64,000 nt of DNA from Candidatus Latescibacterota bacterium (GCA_022823465.1 JAJEHX010000042.1:18047-82046); one strand, 5' to 3'. Positions 28,583 through 37,876 are shown, counted from the first letter of the stretch. Made by a program: numbers and translations. Notes: a model not told the origin generated them from the letters alone.

Positions 28583-28699
28583 ACCCATCGCATGACCGAC
28601 GTTGGGCTGAAGTTGAACCTATATTGGTCCGACGTTGAACCTACTTGAACGATCTTTTCGGCCCGCTTGAATCAGCACCGATCCGAAACGGAATCCGCC

Positions 28700-30160
28700 A
28701 TGTACAAGTTCCAGTGGTACCAGTCGATCTACGACAATTTCCCGAAAATCGCCGAAGAAGCCCGGAAGTACGGCGAAGAGATCGGCACCCTGAAGTTGAA
28801 CAAGGATATCGGCCTGTACGCCGGCAGCTCGGCGCGGCCCGGCAACCTGCCCGACTATGTGCTGAACGCGATCGTGGACTCCAACCGGGGCGGCAAGACC
28901 TACCCGGTCCGGGTGATCGAGGACGAACTCCGGGAAGTCGTCAAGGACGTCTACGGCGACGAGTACGACGCGGTGGCCGCCAATACCTGCGAAGCCCTGC
29001 TGCGACTCACGCTCGAGACCCTTTGCGCGCCGCCCTCCATGCGCCACGGCGACATCTACCGCGGCCGCGTGCTCATGCCCTACGGGGAGGATTACGAATG
29101 GATCGGCGGCTATGGCCGGGCCTTCCCGCCGAGGTATAAGAACCTCCTCGTGGACCGGACCATCGCCGGCGGCGAACTGGGCATCGAGAACAAGAGCCTG
29201 GCGAACCTCGAGATGCTCTACGTCCGCATGGCCGGCGCGAAGTACGATCCTCACGGGATCCGGTACAATCCCACCTCGCTGCTCACCGAAGTCGACGTGG
29301 ACGGCACCATCGAAAACGTGAAGAAGGCCGCCGAACGGAACGCGTCTCTGCTCACGGGCGTCGCCACGGTGGGATACGACACGCCTAGTTACGGGCTCGG
29401 CGAACAGGACGAGAACGGCGCGCCGGTCCTGCTGAAGAAACTTGCCGACGTGGCCCGGGACTACGATGTCCCATACATCGTCGACACAGGAGGTTCGATT
29501 CCCATTGTCGGCATGGATCCCCGGGACATCGACTGCGACATCATCACCTACAGCATGGACAAGCCGGGCCGAGCGCCCGCGTCGGGACTGCTGATCGGAA
29601 AGGAAGAGATCATCAACCCGGTTCGCAAGGGCATGTGCCTGGGCGGCCAGCGATATGGCGAGCTATCCTCCCACGGTAAGGCCGTATATACTTTCAGCGA
29701 TCCGGGCCGGGACACCCTGGTGGGTTTGACCGCCTACCTGAAAGTCCTGCGCGACCGGCCCCGCCTGGTCACGGACCCCGTAGACCGGTTCCACGAAATC
29801 ATCGTAGAGGAATTCGCGCAGATGAAGCCCGCGCGCTTCCGTGACGACCTGATCTTCACGAAGACCTATCAACTCGGGGGCACCGAACTCAACTACGAAC
29901 GCACGTGGAAGGACGGCGCCTTCGGCATCCCGATCTTCAACCTGGAAGACCTGTGGGCCAACACCAACCCCATCGTGCTCGCCCAGGAGCACATGGGCGT
30001 CGAACCCGCCACGATCTACAGCGGCAAGATGTTTCTCGGACCCGGCCTGGGGACATTGGACCAGGAAGGCAACCTGATCGAGGAATACGCCGTCCTTGGC
30101 GCGAAGACCCTGGTCAAGGCCGTGGAAACAGTCTGTCGGTATGCGGGACTGGGGGATTGA
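28700..30160 (+). CDS. SelA-like PLP-dependent enzyme family protein
   Basis: YSMDKPGRAPASGLLIGKEEII aligns with the SelA/DgaE PLP-lysine motif (S-x-D-K-x-x-G-x-P-x-x-G-x-I-x-G-K-x-E-x-I). A TTG start at 28667 is also possible. Confidence 0.55.
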   Translation: MYKFQWYQSIYDNFPKIAEEARKYGEEIGTLKLNKDIGLYAGSSARPGNLPDYVLNAIVDSNRGGKTYPVRVIEDELREVVKDVYGDEYDAVAANTCEALLRLTLETLCAPPSMRHGDIYRGRVLMPYGEDYEWIGGYGRAFPPRYKNLLVDRTIAGGELGIENKSLANLEMLYVRMAGAKYDPHGIRYNPTSLLTEVDVDGTIENVKKAAERNASLLTGVATVGYDTPSYGLGEQDENGAPVLLKKLADVARDYDVPYIVDTGGSIPIVGMDPRDIDCDIITYSMDKPGRAPASGLLIGKEEIINPVRKGMCLGGQRYGELSSHGKAVYTFSDPGRDTLVGLTAYLKVLRDRPRLVTDPVDRFHEIIVEEFAQMKPARFRDDLIFTKTYQLGGTELNYERTWKDGAFGIPIFNLEDLWANTNPIVLAQEHMGVEPATIYSGKMFLGPGLGTLDQEGNLIEEYAVLGAKTLVKAVETVCRYAGLGD

Positions 30161-30189
30161 CGGACCGCTCGCTGTAACAACAAAACCCT

Positions 30190-30222
30190 TGCATGTGATA
30201 TTATAATGTGATATCATATGTC
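30190..30222. promoter_or_regulatory. Palindrome/direct-repeat operator candidate upstream of hicB
   Basis: atgtgatat-tata-atgtgatatcat includes the 8-bp perfect palindrome tgatatca and a duplicated atgtgatat half-site, within an AT-rich -35/-10-like context. Confidence 0.3.
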
Positions 30223-30270
30223 ATGAACAGTCGTCAACGTAAGATCCTCCCTGAAGGTGGGAAATCTGCC

Positions 30271-30603
30271 ATGAAACCCATGCGATACAAGGGATATCCC
30301 GCACGAATAGAATACAGCGACGAGGATGGATGTTTCGTCGGTCGCGTGGCTGGTATTCGCGACATTATCACGTTTCACGGAGAGAGCGTCGGAGAAGTTC
30401 GCGAGGCGTTCGAAGAGGCCCTTGATTTCTACCTGGACAGTTGTAACGAACGGGACGAGCCGCCGAACAAGCCATATTCGGGGAAACTCCTGTTGCGAAT
30501 TGATCCGGAAATCCACGCGGCGGTGGCCGAGGCGGCCGAAGTCAACGGCGTGAGTATTAATCGGTGGATGGAAGAAAGGTTGATTGAGGCGGTGAGCGAA
30601 TGA
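30271..30603 (+). CDS. hicB: HicB-family type II antitoxin (no adjacent hicA)
   Basis: N-terminal RNase-H-like HicB fold (YKGYPARIEYSDEDGCFVGRVAGI). C-terminal YSGKLLLRIDPEIHAAVAEAAEVNGVSINRWMEERL ribbon-helix-helix/HicB_lk motif. Confidence 0.7.
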   Translation: MKPMRYKGYPARIEYSDEDGCFVGRVAGIRDIITFHGESVGEVREAFEEALDFYLDSCNERDEPPNKPYSGKLLLRIDPEIHAAVAEAAEVNGVSINRWMEERLIEAVSE

Positions 30604-30619
30604 CGAACGCGTTCCATGC

Positions 30620-31249
30620 TCAATCTTGGGAGATCCATGCAGGAGGAGGCCAGGCACCTACATCCTGTTGCAAGTTGCTTAACAGAGCGCCTATCGATCT
30701 TGTTAGTTTTCGAAAAGACCGCGACCTTCGATATGCATCCGACATTGAGAACAATGCACTTAATGCGGGCTGGTCTGTAGTTTCAATGTAACTTCTACCT
30801 GCTTGCATTCTTGCTTCGAGTTGCTCCTTTGCCCCCAGTGGTTCTTCAGGAGACGGGTGAGATTCGGCGTCGCTAAGAATACCTCTACGTCCTCTGATCG
30901 ATTCTATAGTAGCCAGAAACCAAGCCTCATACTCTCGATGTGCTAGTATGACTTCACACGGAATACCACCGGCAGATGCAGTTGCCCATGCTCGGACTGC
31001 GGGTCCCAACTCCGCAGGGCAATCAGTATCGCCGTCGAAAAGAATGAGAATCGCACGGCAATTTTGTTTCGAGAGCGCTAACCGCACCGCCTTTTGAACG
31101 TCAAATTCGCGAACGAGTTCGTGGCGCCGCCGCCGTATCGGGCGTCCAACGCCGATTGTCGATCTGCCGGCTTCCGCAAGAAGACGGCGCAACAGTACTG
31201 GAAAAGCTACTACGTCCCCGTGACCTTCTACGATAGGCTGGATGTTCAA
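30620..31249 (-). CDS. DUF4276-like TOPRIM-motif protein (predicted nuclease partner of upstream ATPase)
   Basis: TTG start overlapping the ATPase stop (TTGA). N-terminal IVEG (conserved TOPRIM Glu). ILILFDGDTDCP (DxDxD TOPRIM motif). About 209 aa. Confidence 0.65.
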   Translation of the reverse strand: MNIQPIVEGHGDVVAFPVLLRRLLAEAGRSTIGVGRPIRRRRHELVREFDVQKAVRLALSKQNCRAILILFDGDTDCPAELGPAVRAWATASAGGIPCEVILAHREYEAWFLATIESIRGRRGILSDAESHPSPEEPLGAKEQLEARMQAGRSYIETTDQPALSALFSMSDAYRRSRSFRKLTRSIGALLSNLQQDVGAWPPPAWISQD

Positions 31250-32478
31250 TGCGCGTTTCCCTCTGGAAACAACTCGTACTGGTACTTTATCTCGTCATCG
31301 AACAAATCCTCGGACATCGGTGTCAGTGCGTTTGATCTTAACAACTCTCCCGCCCCCATCAAGTGATCACACAGTGCCTGTCTTGAAGCTTGGGAAATCA
31401 CGTTTACTCGGGTCACGCCTTTACTCCAGGTTGCTATCCGCAGGTGTCGGTCTTCAATCCACTTAGCGTCCAAAACATCAGGACTGTGGGTTGTAACTAC
31501 TACTTGCATGAAGCGGGCGGCGTGCCTTAGTACATCGAGAATTGAGCCCAAAGCGCCCTGATGCATCGTGGCTTCGGGTTCCTCTATAACAAGAAGTGAA
31601 GGTTTTTGCGGCTGGAAAACGGCCGTGAGGAGCCCAAGTATACGTAGCGTTCCATCTGACATGTTAGAGGCTTCGAATCTCACAGGTTCCTTCTTGGCCC
31701 AGTCTTGCTTGAACTCTAACGTTAGCTTGTTACCATGCTTTTTGGGTTGAACACCAATAGTTCCAGGAACGATACTTTCGAGAACCTCACGTATTAGTTT
31801 CCAGTCATCCCGGGATTCGCGCTGGATTTCGCGCAACACGCTGGCCGCGTTACTACCATCCGAATGTAAACGCAAACCTCCGTCAGGATCCTGCATACCT
31901 CTCAAGGCAGTTGGCTCAATCCGGCATACACGCATTTCCGACAGGAATCTGGAAATGGATTTAAACCTTGCGTCGCCTCCGACAATCGGAAGAGCTAACG
32001 CGCTACGATCCATGACCAAATCTGAAACGTCTCCGAGTGTTAACCGACTCATCTTGGATTCCTTGGGTGCCAAATGGCGATCAAAGAGGTCGATCTGGCC
32101 ATCGGTCCTCTCCAAAGTACATCGCTCACGCACCACCTCGAAACCATAACTACCCCTGAGCGCCCGCAGTTCGAAGGCGTAATTCGCCAAGACCGTGTCA
32201 CTATCCAGGTTGTCTATTGTCACTGCCAGGCCCAAATTAGATGGACGACCCCTTGCAGAGCTCCTGTGGCCTACCGCTGGAAATCCGCCTCTGTGTTCGA
32301 GAACAGCTTGTAAAGGAGATGACATCGCTTCAGCCAAAAAAGCGAAAGCATCGGCAAAGTTACTCTTGCCAGAGCCATTCTGACCTACCAGAAAGGTCGG
32401 ATTGTCAAATTCCACAACATCCTTTTCAAAGCTTCGAAATCGGTGCAGTTTGAGTTTACGAAGTTTAGGATTCGACAT
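31246..32478 (-). CDS. ABC-type AAA ATPase (AAA_21/OLD-family-like)
   Basis: GQNGSGKSNF Walker A. LLVIEEPEATMH Walker B with the characteristic EEPE. VVTTHSP H-loop. Start at MSNPKLRKLKLHRF (32478) with GAGG RBS. Confidence 0.75.
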   Translation of the reverse strand: MSNPKLRKLKLHRFRSFEKDVVEFDNPTFLVGQNGSGKSNFADAFAFLAEAMSSPLQAVLEHRGGFPAVGHRSSARGRPSNLGLAVTIDNLDSDTVLANYAFELRALRGSYGFEVVRERCTLERTDGQIDLFDRHLAPKESKMSRLTLGDVSDLVMDRSALALPIVGGDARFKSISRFLSEMRVCRIEPTALRGMQDPDGGLRLHSDGSNAASVLREIQRESRDDWKLIREVLESIVPGTIGVQPKKHGNKLTLEFKQDWAKKEPVRFEASNMSDGTLRILGLLTAVFQPQKPSLLVIEEPEATMHQGALGSILDVLRHAARFMQVVVTTHSPDVLDAKWIEDRHLRIATWSKGVTRVNVISQASRQALCDHLMGAGELLRSNALTPMSEDLFDDEIKYQYELFPEGNAH

Positions 32479-32779
32479 CGTCGTACCTCGGGTCGACCAA
32501 GTGCTTTCCAGGGCGGCTGTCTGTTCTATTGCTGCTAGTCTATTTCGTCGATATCTGACGAGATTCATCGTATGGGAAGGGATAGATCAGGGCTGTTGGC
32601 CTGCCGTAGAGGAAAACCGGGAGGTGAGCAGCATCCCTATCCCGCCTGAAATAGAGGCCCGCCAGTGAGACGAAAGAAAACTGATTTCAGGATGCGCGTC
32701 AACCTGTACAGGAAAACACCATTGATGGAATTGGCAAAACCGAAGCTGTTAAAGTCATTTATTATTAAAGTCATCCGAC

Positions 32780-33532
32780 TCACTCCAGCCCCTCGAACCA
32801 GTCCATACCGAACAACCGCTCCGCCGCGGCGATGCGGTCTGCGCTTCCGAGATCCGCCCACCTGGCTTCTTTGGCCCAGAAGGCCCGAACTGGCCCGCCC
32901 GAGTCCGCCAGCTCCAGGAAGAAATCGATGATCGAAAGGGGTCCGGTATCGGTCATCTTTCTCAACACGGCCGGGGACATGGCGTAGACGCCCATGAAGG
33001 GTACGGGGGTGACGGGGCCCGCCATCGGCCGGACCGTGCGCGTCTCTCCCGTAACATCCGAACGCCAGCCGCCTAGCCGTCCCGCCTCATCAAATAGCAG
33101 GTGACGCGAACTCTTTCTTCCCTTCACGGCCAGGGTGGCCAGGGTGCCTGAGGCCGAATGGGCATCCGGCACACGGTGGGCGTTCATCAATCCGGACAGA
33201 TCCAGGTCGGTCAGCACGTCGACGTTGTGCACCAGGAACGGCTCCTCGCGGTCGAAGAACCACGCGGCCTTCCGCACCCCGCCGCCCGTGTCCAGGATCT
33301 CCTCCTCTACGGAAACAGTCAGCGAAACCCCGGGACCGTCGTATGCGGCCGCGAAGGCCTCGATCTGCTCCGCGAAGTGGTGGGCATTGATGATGATGTC
33401 GGTAAAACCAGATCGGGCGAGCCGCGCGATCACCCAGTAAATCATGGGTCTGCCGGCCACCGTCACGAGCGCCTTGGGCCGGGCGTCGGTGAGAGGCTGC
33501 AGCCGGGTGCCCAGTCCCGCGGCGAGGATCAT
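32780..33532 (-). CDS. Sugar-1-phosphate nucleotidyltransferase (MurU-like N-acetylmuramate-1-P uridylyltransferase candidate)
   Basis: MILAAGLGTRLQPLTDARPKALV is the canonical NTP-transferase G-x-G-T-R-L motif. Directly downstream of an AmgK-like kinase gene. Confidence 0.65.
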   Translation of the reverse strand: MILAAGLGTRLQPLTDARPKALVTVAGRPMIYWVIARLARSGFTDIIINAHHFAEQIEAFAAAYDGPGVSLTVSVEEEILDTGGGVRKAAWFFDREEPFLVHNVDVLTDLDLSGLMNAHRVPDAHSASGTLATLAVKGRKSSRHLLFDEAGRLGGWRSDVTGETRTVRPMAGPVTPVPFMGVYAMSPAVLRKMTDTGPLSIIDFFLELADSGGPVRAFWAKEARWADLGSADRIAAAERLFGMDWFEGLE

Positions 33533-33537
33533 GGCCT

Positions 33538-34974
33538 TCACGAGTCCTCCTGTTCCCGGTGCCTCAGCCGGACCGTCAGGCCCGGACGCTCCTTCAGGTG
33601 CGCCGCCAGCCGCTCCGCGAAGTATACCGAGCGGTGTTGGCCGCCCGTGCACCCGAAGGCGACGGTGAGGTCGCTGAACCCGCGTCGCTGGTGGTGGCCG
33701 ACCGCCCGGTCGACCATGGTTTTCGCATCCCCCAGGAAGGATTGCGCCTCCTCGAGTTCGTCCAGGAAGGCCGCCACCGGCGGGTCTTTCCCAGTCAGGG
33801 CCGCGTATTCCGGAATACGCCCGGGGTTCTTCACGATCCGGCAGTCGAAGATGAACCCTCCACCGTTTCCGCTCGGATCCCGGGGCAGGCCGAGGTGATA
33901 GGAAAAACTCCAGAGGTGGACGGTCAGTCCCTCTCCGGAAACCTCGCCCATTCGCCGAAGTGCCGGATCTTCGACGATGCGCGACCAGGCCCGGTCCAGT
34001 TCGGGCAGGTTGACCGGCAGATCGGCCCGCGCCAACAGGCCCTCAAGGTTACGGACGCCGTGGGAAATGCTGGTCAGGAAGTGAGACTTCCCCTCGTAGA
34101 GTCCCCGGTATCCATAGGCGCCCAGCGCCTGCATGAGGCGGACCAGGGCGTAACCGTAGTAGTGGGCGAGAAAGGACGCCCGGTGAACCGGCGCACAGGC
34201 GCCCACCGTCTCGATATAATAGTCCAGGAGTTCGCCCCGGGTCTCCCAGGGGATATCCGCCCTGCCATCCTGCAGCAGAGAGGCGACGTCGTATTGAAGC
34301 GCGCCCTGCCGCCCGCCCTGGTAGTCGATGTAGTGCGGCCGGCCGCCGTGCAGCATGATGTTCCGGGACTGGAAATCCCTGTACAGAAAGTAGCGCGTAT
34401 CGGCTTCCATGAGGAAGGCCGTGAACCGTTCGAAGTCGTTTTCGAGGGCCTGCTCGTCAAAGTCGACAGGCACCAGCTTCAGGAAGTGGTACTTGAAGTA
34501 GTTCAGGTCCCACTGGATGGACTGCGCGTCGAAACGGCTCCTGGGGTAGCAGACCGAGAAGTCCAGGTCCTCCGCCGCGGCGACCTGGAAACGGGGCAGG
34601 TCGTCTAGCACCCGCCGGTATATCGCGGCCAGCCGGTCCGAAAACGTCCCTTCCTCCGTGCGAACGGCGGCCACCCGGCTGAACAGCGTCTCGTCGCCCA
34701 GGTCCTGCTGCAGGTAGACGCCCTGTTTCAGGTCCTCGGCGTAGATCTCGGGCACCGGCAGGCCGTGGCGGCGGAAGTGGCGGGAAAGCGACAGGAAGGC
34801 GACATTCTCACGGTGGTCGTCATTTGCCGCGCCGACGACGGTATTTTCCTCGTCAGACAGGCGATAGTACCGCCTCTGGGAGCCGTCCGCGCCCAAGGGC
34901 ACGGTCCGCGTCGGCGCATGGCCGAATGTGCGTCGGAAGAGGCGTTCTAGCCTGTCCCTGGCATCTTGCGTCAT
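33538..34974 (-). CDS. Fusion: APH-fold sugar kinase (AmgK-like) + RapZ C-terminal domain
   Basis: The N-terminal ~330 aa have phosphotransferase Brenner/DFG-like motifs (RDFQSRNIMLH…IDYQ). The C-terminal ~140 aa contain GCTGGQHRSV, the hallmark of the RapZ (YhbJ) C-terminal domain. Confidence 0.6.
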   Translation of the reverse strand: MTQDARDRLERLFRRTFGHAPTRTVPLGADGSQRRYYRLSDEENTVVGAANDDHRENVAFLSLSRHFRRHGLPVPEIYAEDLKQGVYLQQDLGDETLFSRVAAVRTEEGTFSDRLAAIYRRVLDDLPRFQVAAAEDLDFSVCYPRSRFDAQSIQWDLNYFKYHFLKLVPVDFDEQALENDFERFTAFLMEADTRYFLYRDFQSRNIMLHGGRPHYIDYQGGRQGALQYDVASLLQDGRADIPWETRGELLDYYIETVGACAPVHRASFLAHYYGYALVRLMQALGAYGYRGLYEGKSHFLTSISHGVRNLEGLLARADLPVNLPELDRAWSRIVEDPALRRMGEVSGEGLTVHLWSFSYHLGLPRDPSGNGGGFIFDCRIVKNPGRIPEYAALTGKDPPVAAFLDELEEAQSFLGDAKTMVDRAVGHHQRRGFSDLTVAFGCTGGQHRSVYFAERLAAHLKERPGLTVRLRHREQEDS

Positions 34975-35133
34975 GGTCGGCCATCCCTTTTCCAGGCGAA
35001 AACGACCGGCGCTTCAGTCGAAACGTTACTTGATCCGCGGCGCGTGTGTCCCTTCGCTTCGTGACCTGTCGTGACGGAGTCGGCTCGTACATGACCTGTC
35101 GTGATGGATCCGGAAGACGTTACCGGCGAAACC

Positions 35134-36072
35134 TCATCCGGGCCGTTTCATGATCAGGAGCAAGGGCCTGTGATCGGTGGGATACATCCTGCGGGCATCG
35201 TTGTTGTTGTCGAGGATGACGTAGACCCGGTCGCGATCCATCGCGAGTCCCTCTGCCGTCTTCGCGCCGAACTGCTCGTGCTGATAGAGGTATTCCGGAT
35301 CGTTGACAATATGGGCGAAGGACCAGATCGTCGAGGGGCTGTCCACGTCCAGGTACCGGATGGTCTTCCGTATGGTCGCGTTACTCCGCTGCAGGATGTA
35401 TACGTTCTCGGCCTCCCGGTGCAGCCCCGTGTAGCTGTTCGTCGATCCATGATTCGCGATCTCCACGACCCTTTGCACCGGGGCCATGTCTACTTCGATC
35501 AGGCCGCAGGGCTGCCGTTCCGCGGTGACCAGGAACCGGTCCCGGGCCATCATCGTGATTCCCTCGAGATAACCGCCGCGCGTCTGGAAGAGCCCTGCCG
35601 AAGCGCCCACGTCCCGAAGGCTCGTGGTGACCCAGGATGCCTTCTTCCCGTCCGCGTCGACCTTCAGAATGGCGAAGGCCCCTTCGCTGGCGAGATAGAA
35701 ACTGCCGTCGTCACCGCGGGTGATGCCTTCGAGGTCCAGCCGGAACACGCCGAAGGGCCTGGGTGCGTCGAACCGGACGTGGGGTACGAATACCGCGGCA
35801 TCTTCCCGAAGCTCGATCCGGAAGATGGTGTCGTCGTGCTTGTCGGACACGGTATACAGGGTGTCGTTGTGGACGAAAAGTCCCGATGGCTGGTTGGATT
35901 CGGGACCTTCCACGGGGAGGACGCTGATCGCTTCGAGGCGTATCGGATCGGTCTGCGCGTGGGATGCCTGGGGGGTCGAAGCCAGTATTGAGGCCCACAG
36001 GGAGAGCACTGCGAGCGGGAGACATAGCGCCAGCGGCCGCCGCACAACCCCGGGAAGCGCCCTACTCCCCAT
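35134..36072 (-). CDS. Secreted esterase-like-activity-of-phytase family protein
   Basis: Signal peptide. Repeated beta-propeller-like segments. General resemblance to PF13449-type proteins. Confidence 0.45.
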   Translation of the reverse strand: MGSRALPGVVRRPLALCLPLAVLSLWASILASTPQASHAQTDPIRLEAISVLPVEGPESNQPSGLFVHNDTLYTVSDKHDDTIFRIELREDAAVFVPHVRFDAPRPFGVFRLDLEGITRGDDGSFYLASEGAFAILKVDADGKKASWVTTSLRDVGASAGLFQTRGGYLEGITMMARDRFLVTAERQPCGLIEVDMAPVQRVVEIANHGSTNSYTGLHREAENVYILQRSNATIRKTIRYLDVDSPSTIWSFAHIVNDPEYLYQHEQFGAKTAEGLAMDRDRVYVILDNNNDARRMYPTDHRPLLLIMKRPG

Positions 36073-37732
36073 CGTCCACCTCGGCGATGTAGAGCTTGTG
36101 CCAGCGGAAGGAACCCACGGTACCGTCGTCGTTTACGGCATAACCCTTCAGCCAGGGTTTCCGTAGTTGCAGGCCCATCCTGTGAAAGAGGAAGGCCGCG
36201 GGATAGTCCGCCACCTGGACGTCCGCGGCTTCCCGGTAAAGTCTGTCCCTGATTTCAGGGTTCAGTTCGGCCGCGGCCGAGTCCACGAGGCGGTCGAAAG
36301 TCGGATTGTGCCAGTCCTGCCGGCCATGCCCCCGGGGCTGGGAGTGCCAGATCATGTCCAGCATGTTGCGCGGATCGAGGAAATCGGCGCCGAAAGCGAT
36401 CAGACCGAGGTTCATGTTCCACTTGTACAGGTGATCCATGTACGTGTGCAGGTCGGCCGTCCGGATATCCACGTCCACGCCGAGATGCTCTTTCAGCATG
36501 CTCTGTATCGCCACGCCGATGAGGCGGTCGGAAGGGGTGGGCGCCCTGAGCCACAGCTCCTGCCGGGGGAAACCCTGACCCTCGGGATAACCCGCTTCGC
36601 GCATTAACTGCCGTGCCCTCTCCGGGTCGAAGCCCTGTGCCGCGGCATGGCGGTCGCCTTCGAATTCCCTGAAGCCGGGCGGGATCATGGAATAGGCCGG
36701 CACGGCTCCGCCGCGCAGGATGACATTGCACATATTGTCGCGGTCCATCACCCGCGCAAAGGCTTCCCGCACACGAATGTCGTTGAAGGGCGGCAACTGC
36801 GTCCTGAAAAAGAGATACCAGGTGTTCAGCCCGTGGAACCGCACGAGATCCCGCTTCAGTTCGGGGTCCTTCTCGATGCGGTCCAGGTCGTTCACGTCGA
36901 CGTTTTCCATGTCGACTTCGTCGCTCTCGTAAGGAAGTATGGTCGCCGCGGCCGCGTTGCGGAAAGGGTGTATGACCTTCTCCAGGAAGGGTTTATGCGG
37001 ACCGTTGTAATAGGGGTTCGGGACGAGGGTCATATGGCTGCCGTTGACCCATTCCGTAACCATGAAACCGGAATTCGTGATGATGTTCTCCGGCTCGGTC
37101 CACTTTCGGCCGAATTTGTCCACCAGCCGCTTCGGCACCGGCATGGCGTCGCCGAAGGAGACGATATGGGGCAGGTAGGGCGCGCTTTTTTCGGTTTCGA
37201 TGACCAGCGTCGTATCGTCCACGGCCCGGATCCCCAGAGACTCGACGTCCTTGTTCTCCCCCTTGACGATCGCCTCGGCGTTCTTGATATCGTAATAGAA
37301 GAAGGCGTAGATGTTGGTGGATTCGGGGTCGAGCATCCTGCGATAGGAATAGACGAAGTCGTGGGCCGTCAGGGGCGATCCGTCGCTCCAGCGCATCCCC
37401 GATCGGAGATGGAAGGTCCAGACCTTGCCGTCTTCCGAGCCCCAGCTGTGCGCGGCGCCCGGGATCGGGTTCCAGTGCTCGTCCTTGAACAGCAGCGCTT
37501 CATATGGGAGGATCGTCTGCTCGGTATCGTAGGGCTCGATACTGGGATCCAGGCTCTTGGGTTCGGGACTCATGGAGCGCAGCACCTGACGCGAGGCGTC
37601 CACCGCGTCGTCCGGCAGCACCACGCCGATCGAGTTTACACGGTCCCCGGCCGCGGGCGCTTCCGTACCCCGATCGGCGTCTCCGCAAGACAACGGCAAC
37701 ATGATCGATATCAGAAGAATAGATAAGCGCAT
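36062..37732 (-). CDS. ABC transporter substrate-binding protein, family 5 (OppA/DppA-like), lipoprotein
   Basis: Start at MRLSILLISIMLPLSCG (lipobox). SBP_bac_5 conserved regions. The upstream part of the ORF to 37876 was rejected. Confidence 0.8.
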   Translation of the reverse strand: MRLSILLISIMLPLSCGDADRGTEAPAAGDRVNSIGVVLPDDAVDASRQVLRSMSPEPKSLDPSIEPYDTEQTILPYEALLFKDEHWNPIPGAAHSWGSEDGKVWTFHLRSGMRWSDGSPLTAHDFVYSYRRMLDPESTNIYAFFYYDIKNAEAIVKGENKDVESLGIRAVDDTTLVIETEKSAPYLPHIVSFGDAMPVPKRLVDKFGRKWTEPENIITNSGFMVTEWVNGSHMTLVPNPYYNGPHKPFLEKVIHPFRNAAAATILPYESDEVDMENVDVNDLDRIEKDPELKRDLVRFHGLNTWYLFFRTQLPPFNDIRVREAFARVMDRDNMCNVILRGGAVPAYSMIPPGFREFEGDRHAAAQGFDPERARQLMREAGYPEGQGFPRQELWLRAPTPSDRLIGVAIQSMLKEHLGVDVDIRTADLHTYMDHLYKWNMNLGLIAFGADFLDPRNMLDMIWHSQPRGHGRQDWHNPTFDRLVDSAAAELNPEIRDRLYREAADVQVADYPAAFLFHRMGLQLRKPWLKGYAVNDDGTVGSFRWHKLYIAEVDDGE

Positions 37733-37876
37733 GTTAGACGGTTGTTTGTCGCTGCCATCAGTTTCGTGGTGACCGGAATGTGGTCGGCTTACTTTCCAGC
37801 GCGTACAAGTGAACAAAACGGAGGTTACAGACTCAAGACATTCTGAACAACCTGAAGGAATAAAGCTTGAATCCAT

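Noticed and set aside
26036-28588. Long minus-strand ORFs (414 and 391 aa) antisense to the two aminotransferase genes
   Set aside because: Antisense to PLP enzymes with clear motifs. Typical GC-driven open frames.
35101-35991. 296-aa plus-strand ORF overlapping the phytase-like gene
   Set aside because: Antisense to a signal-peptide-bearing minus-strand gene. Its translation lacks features.
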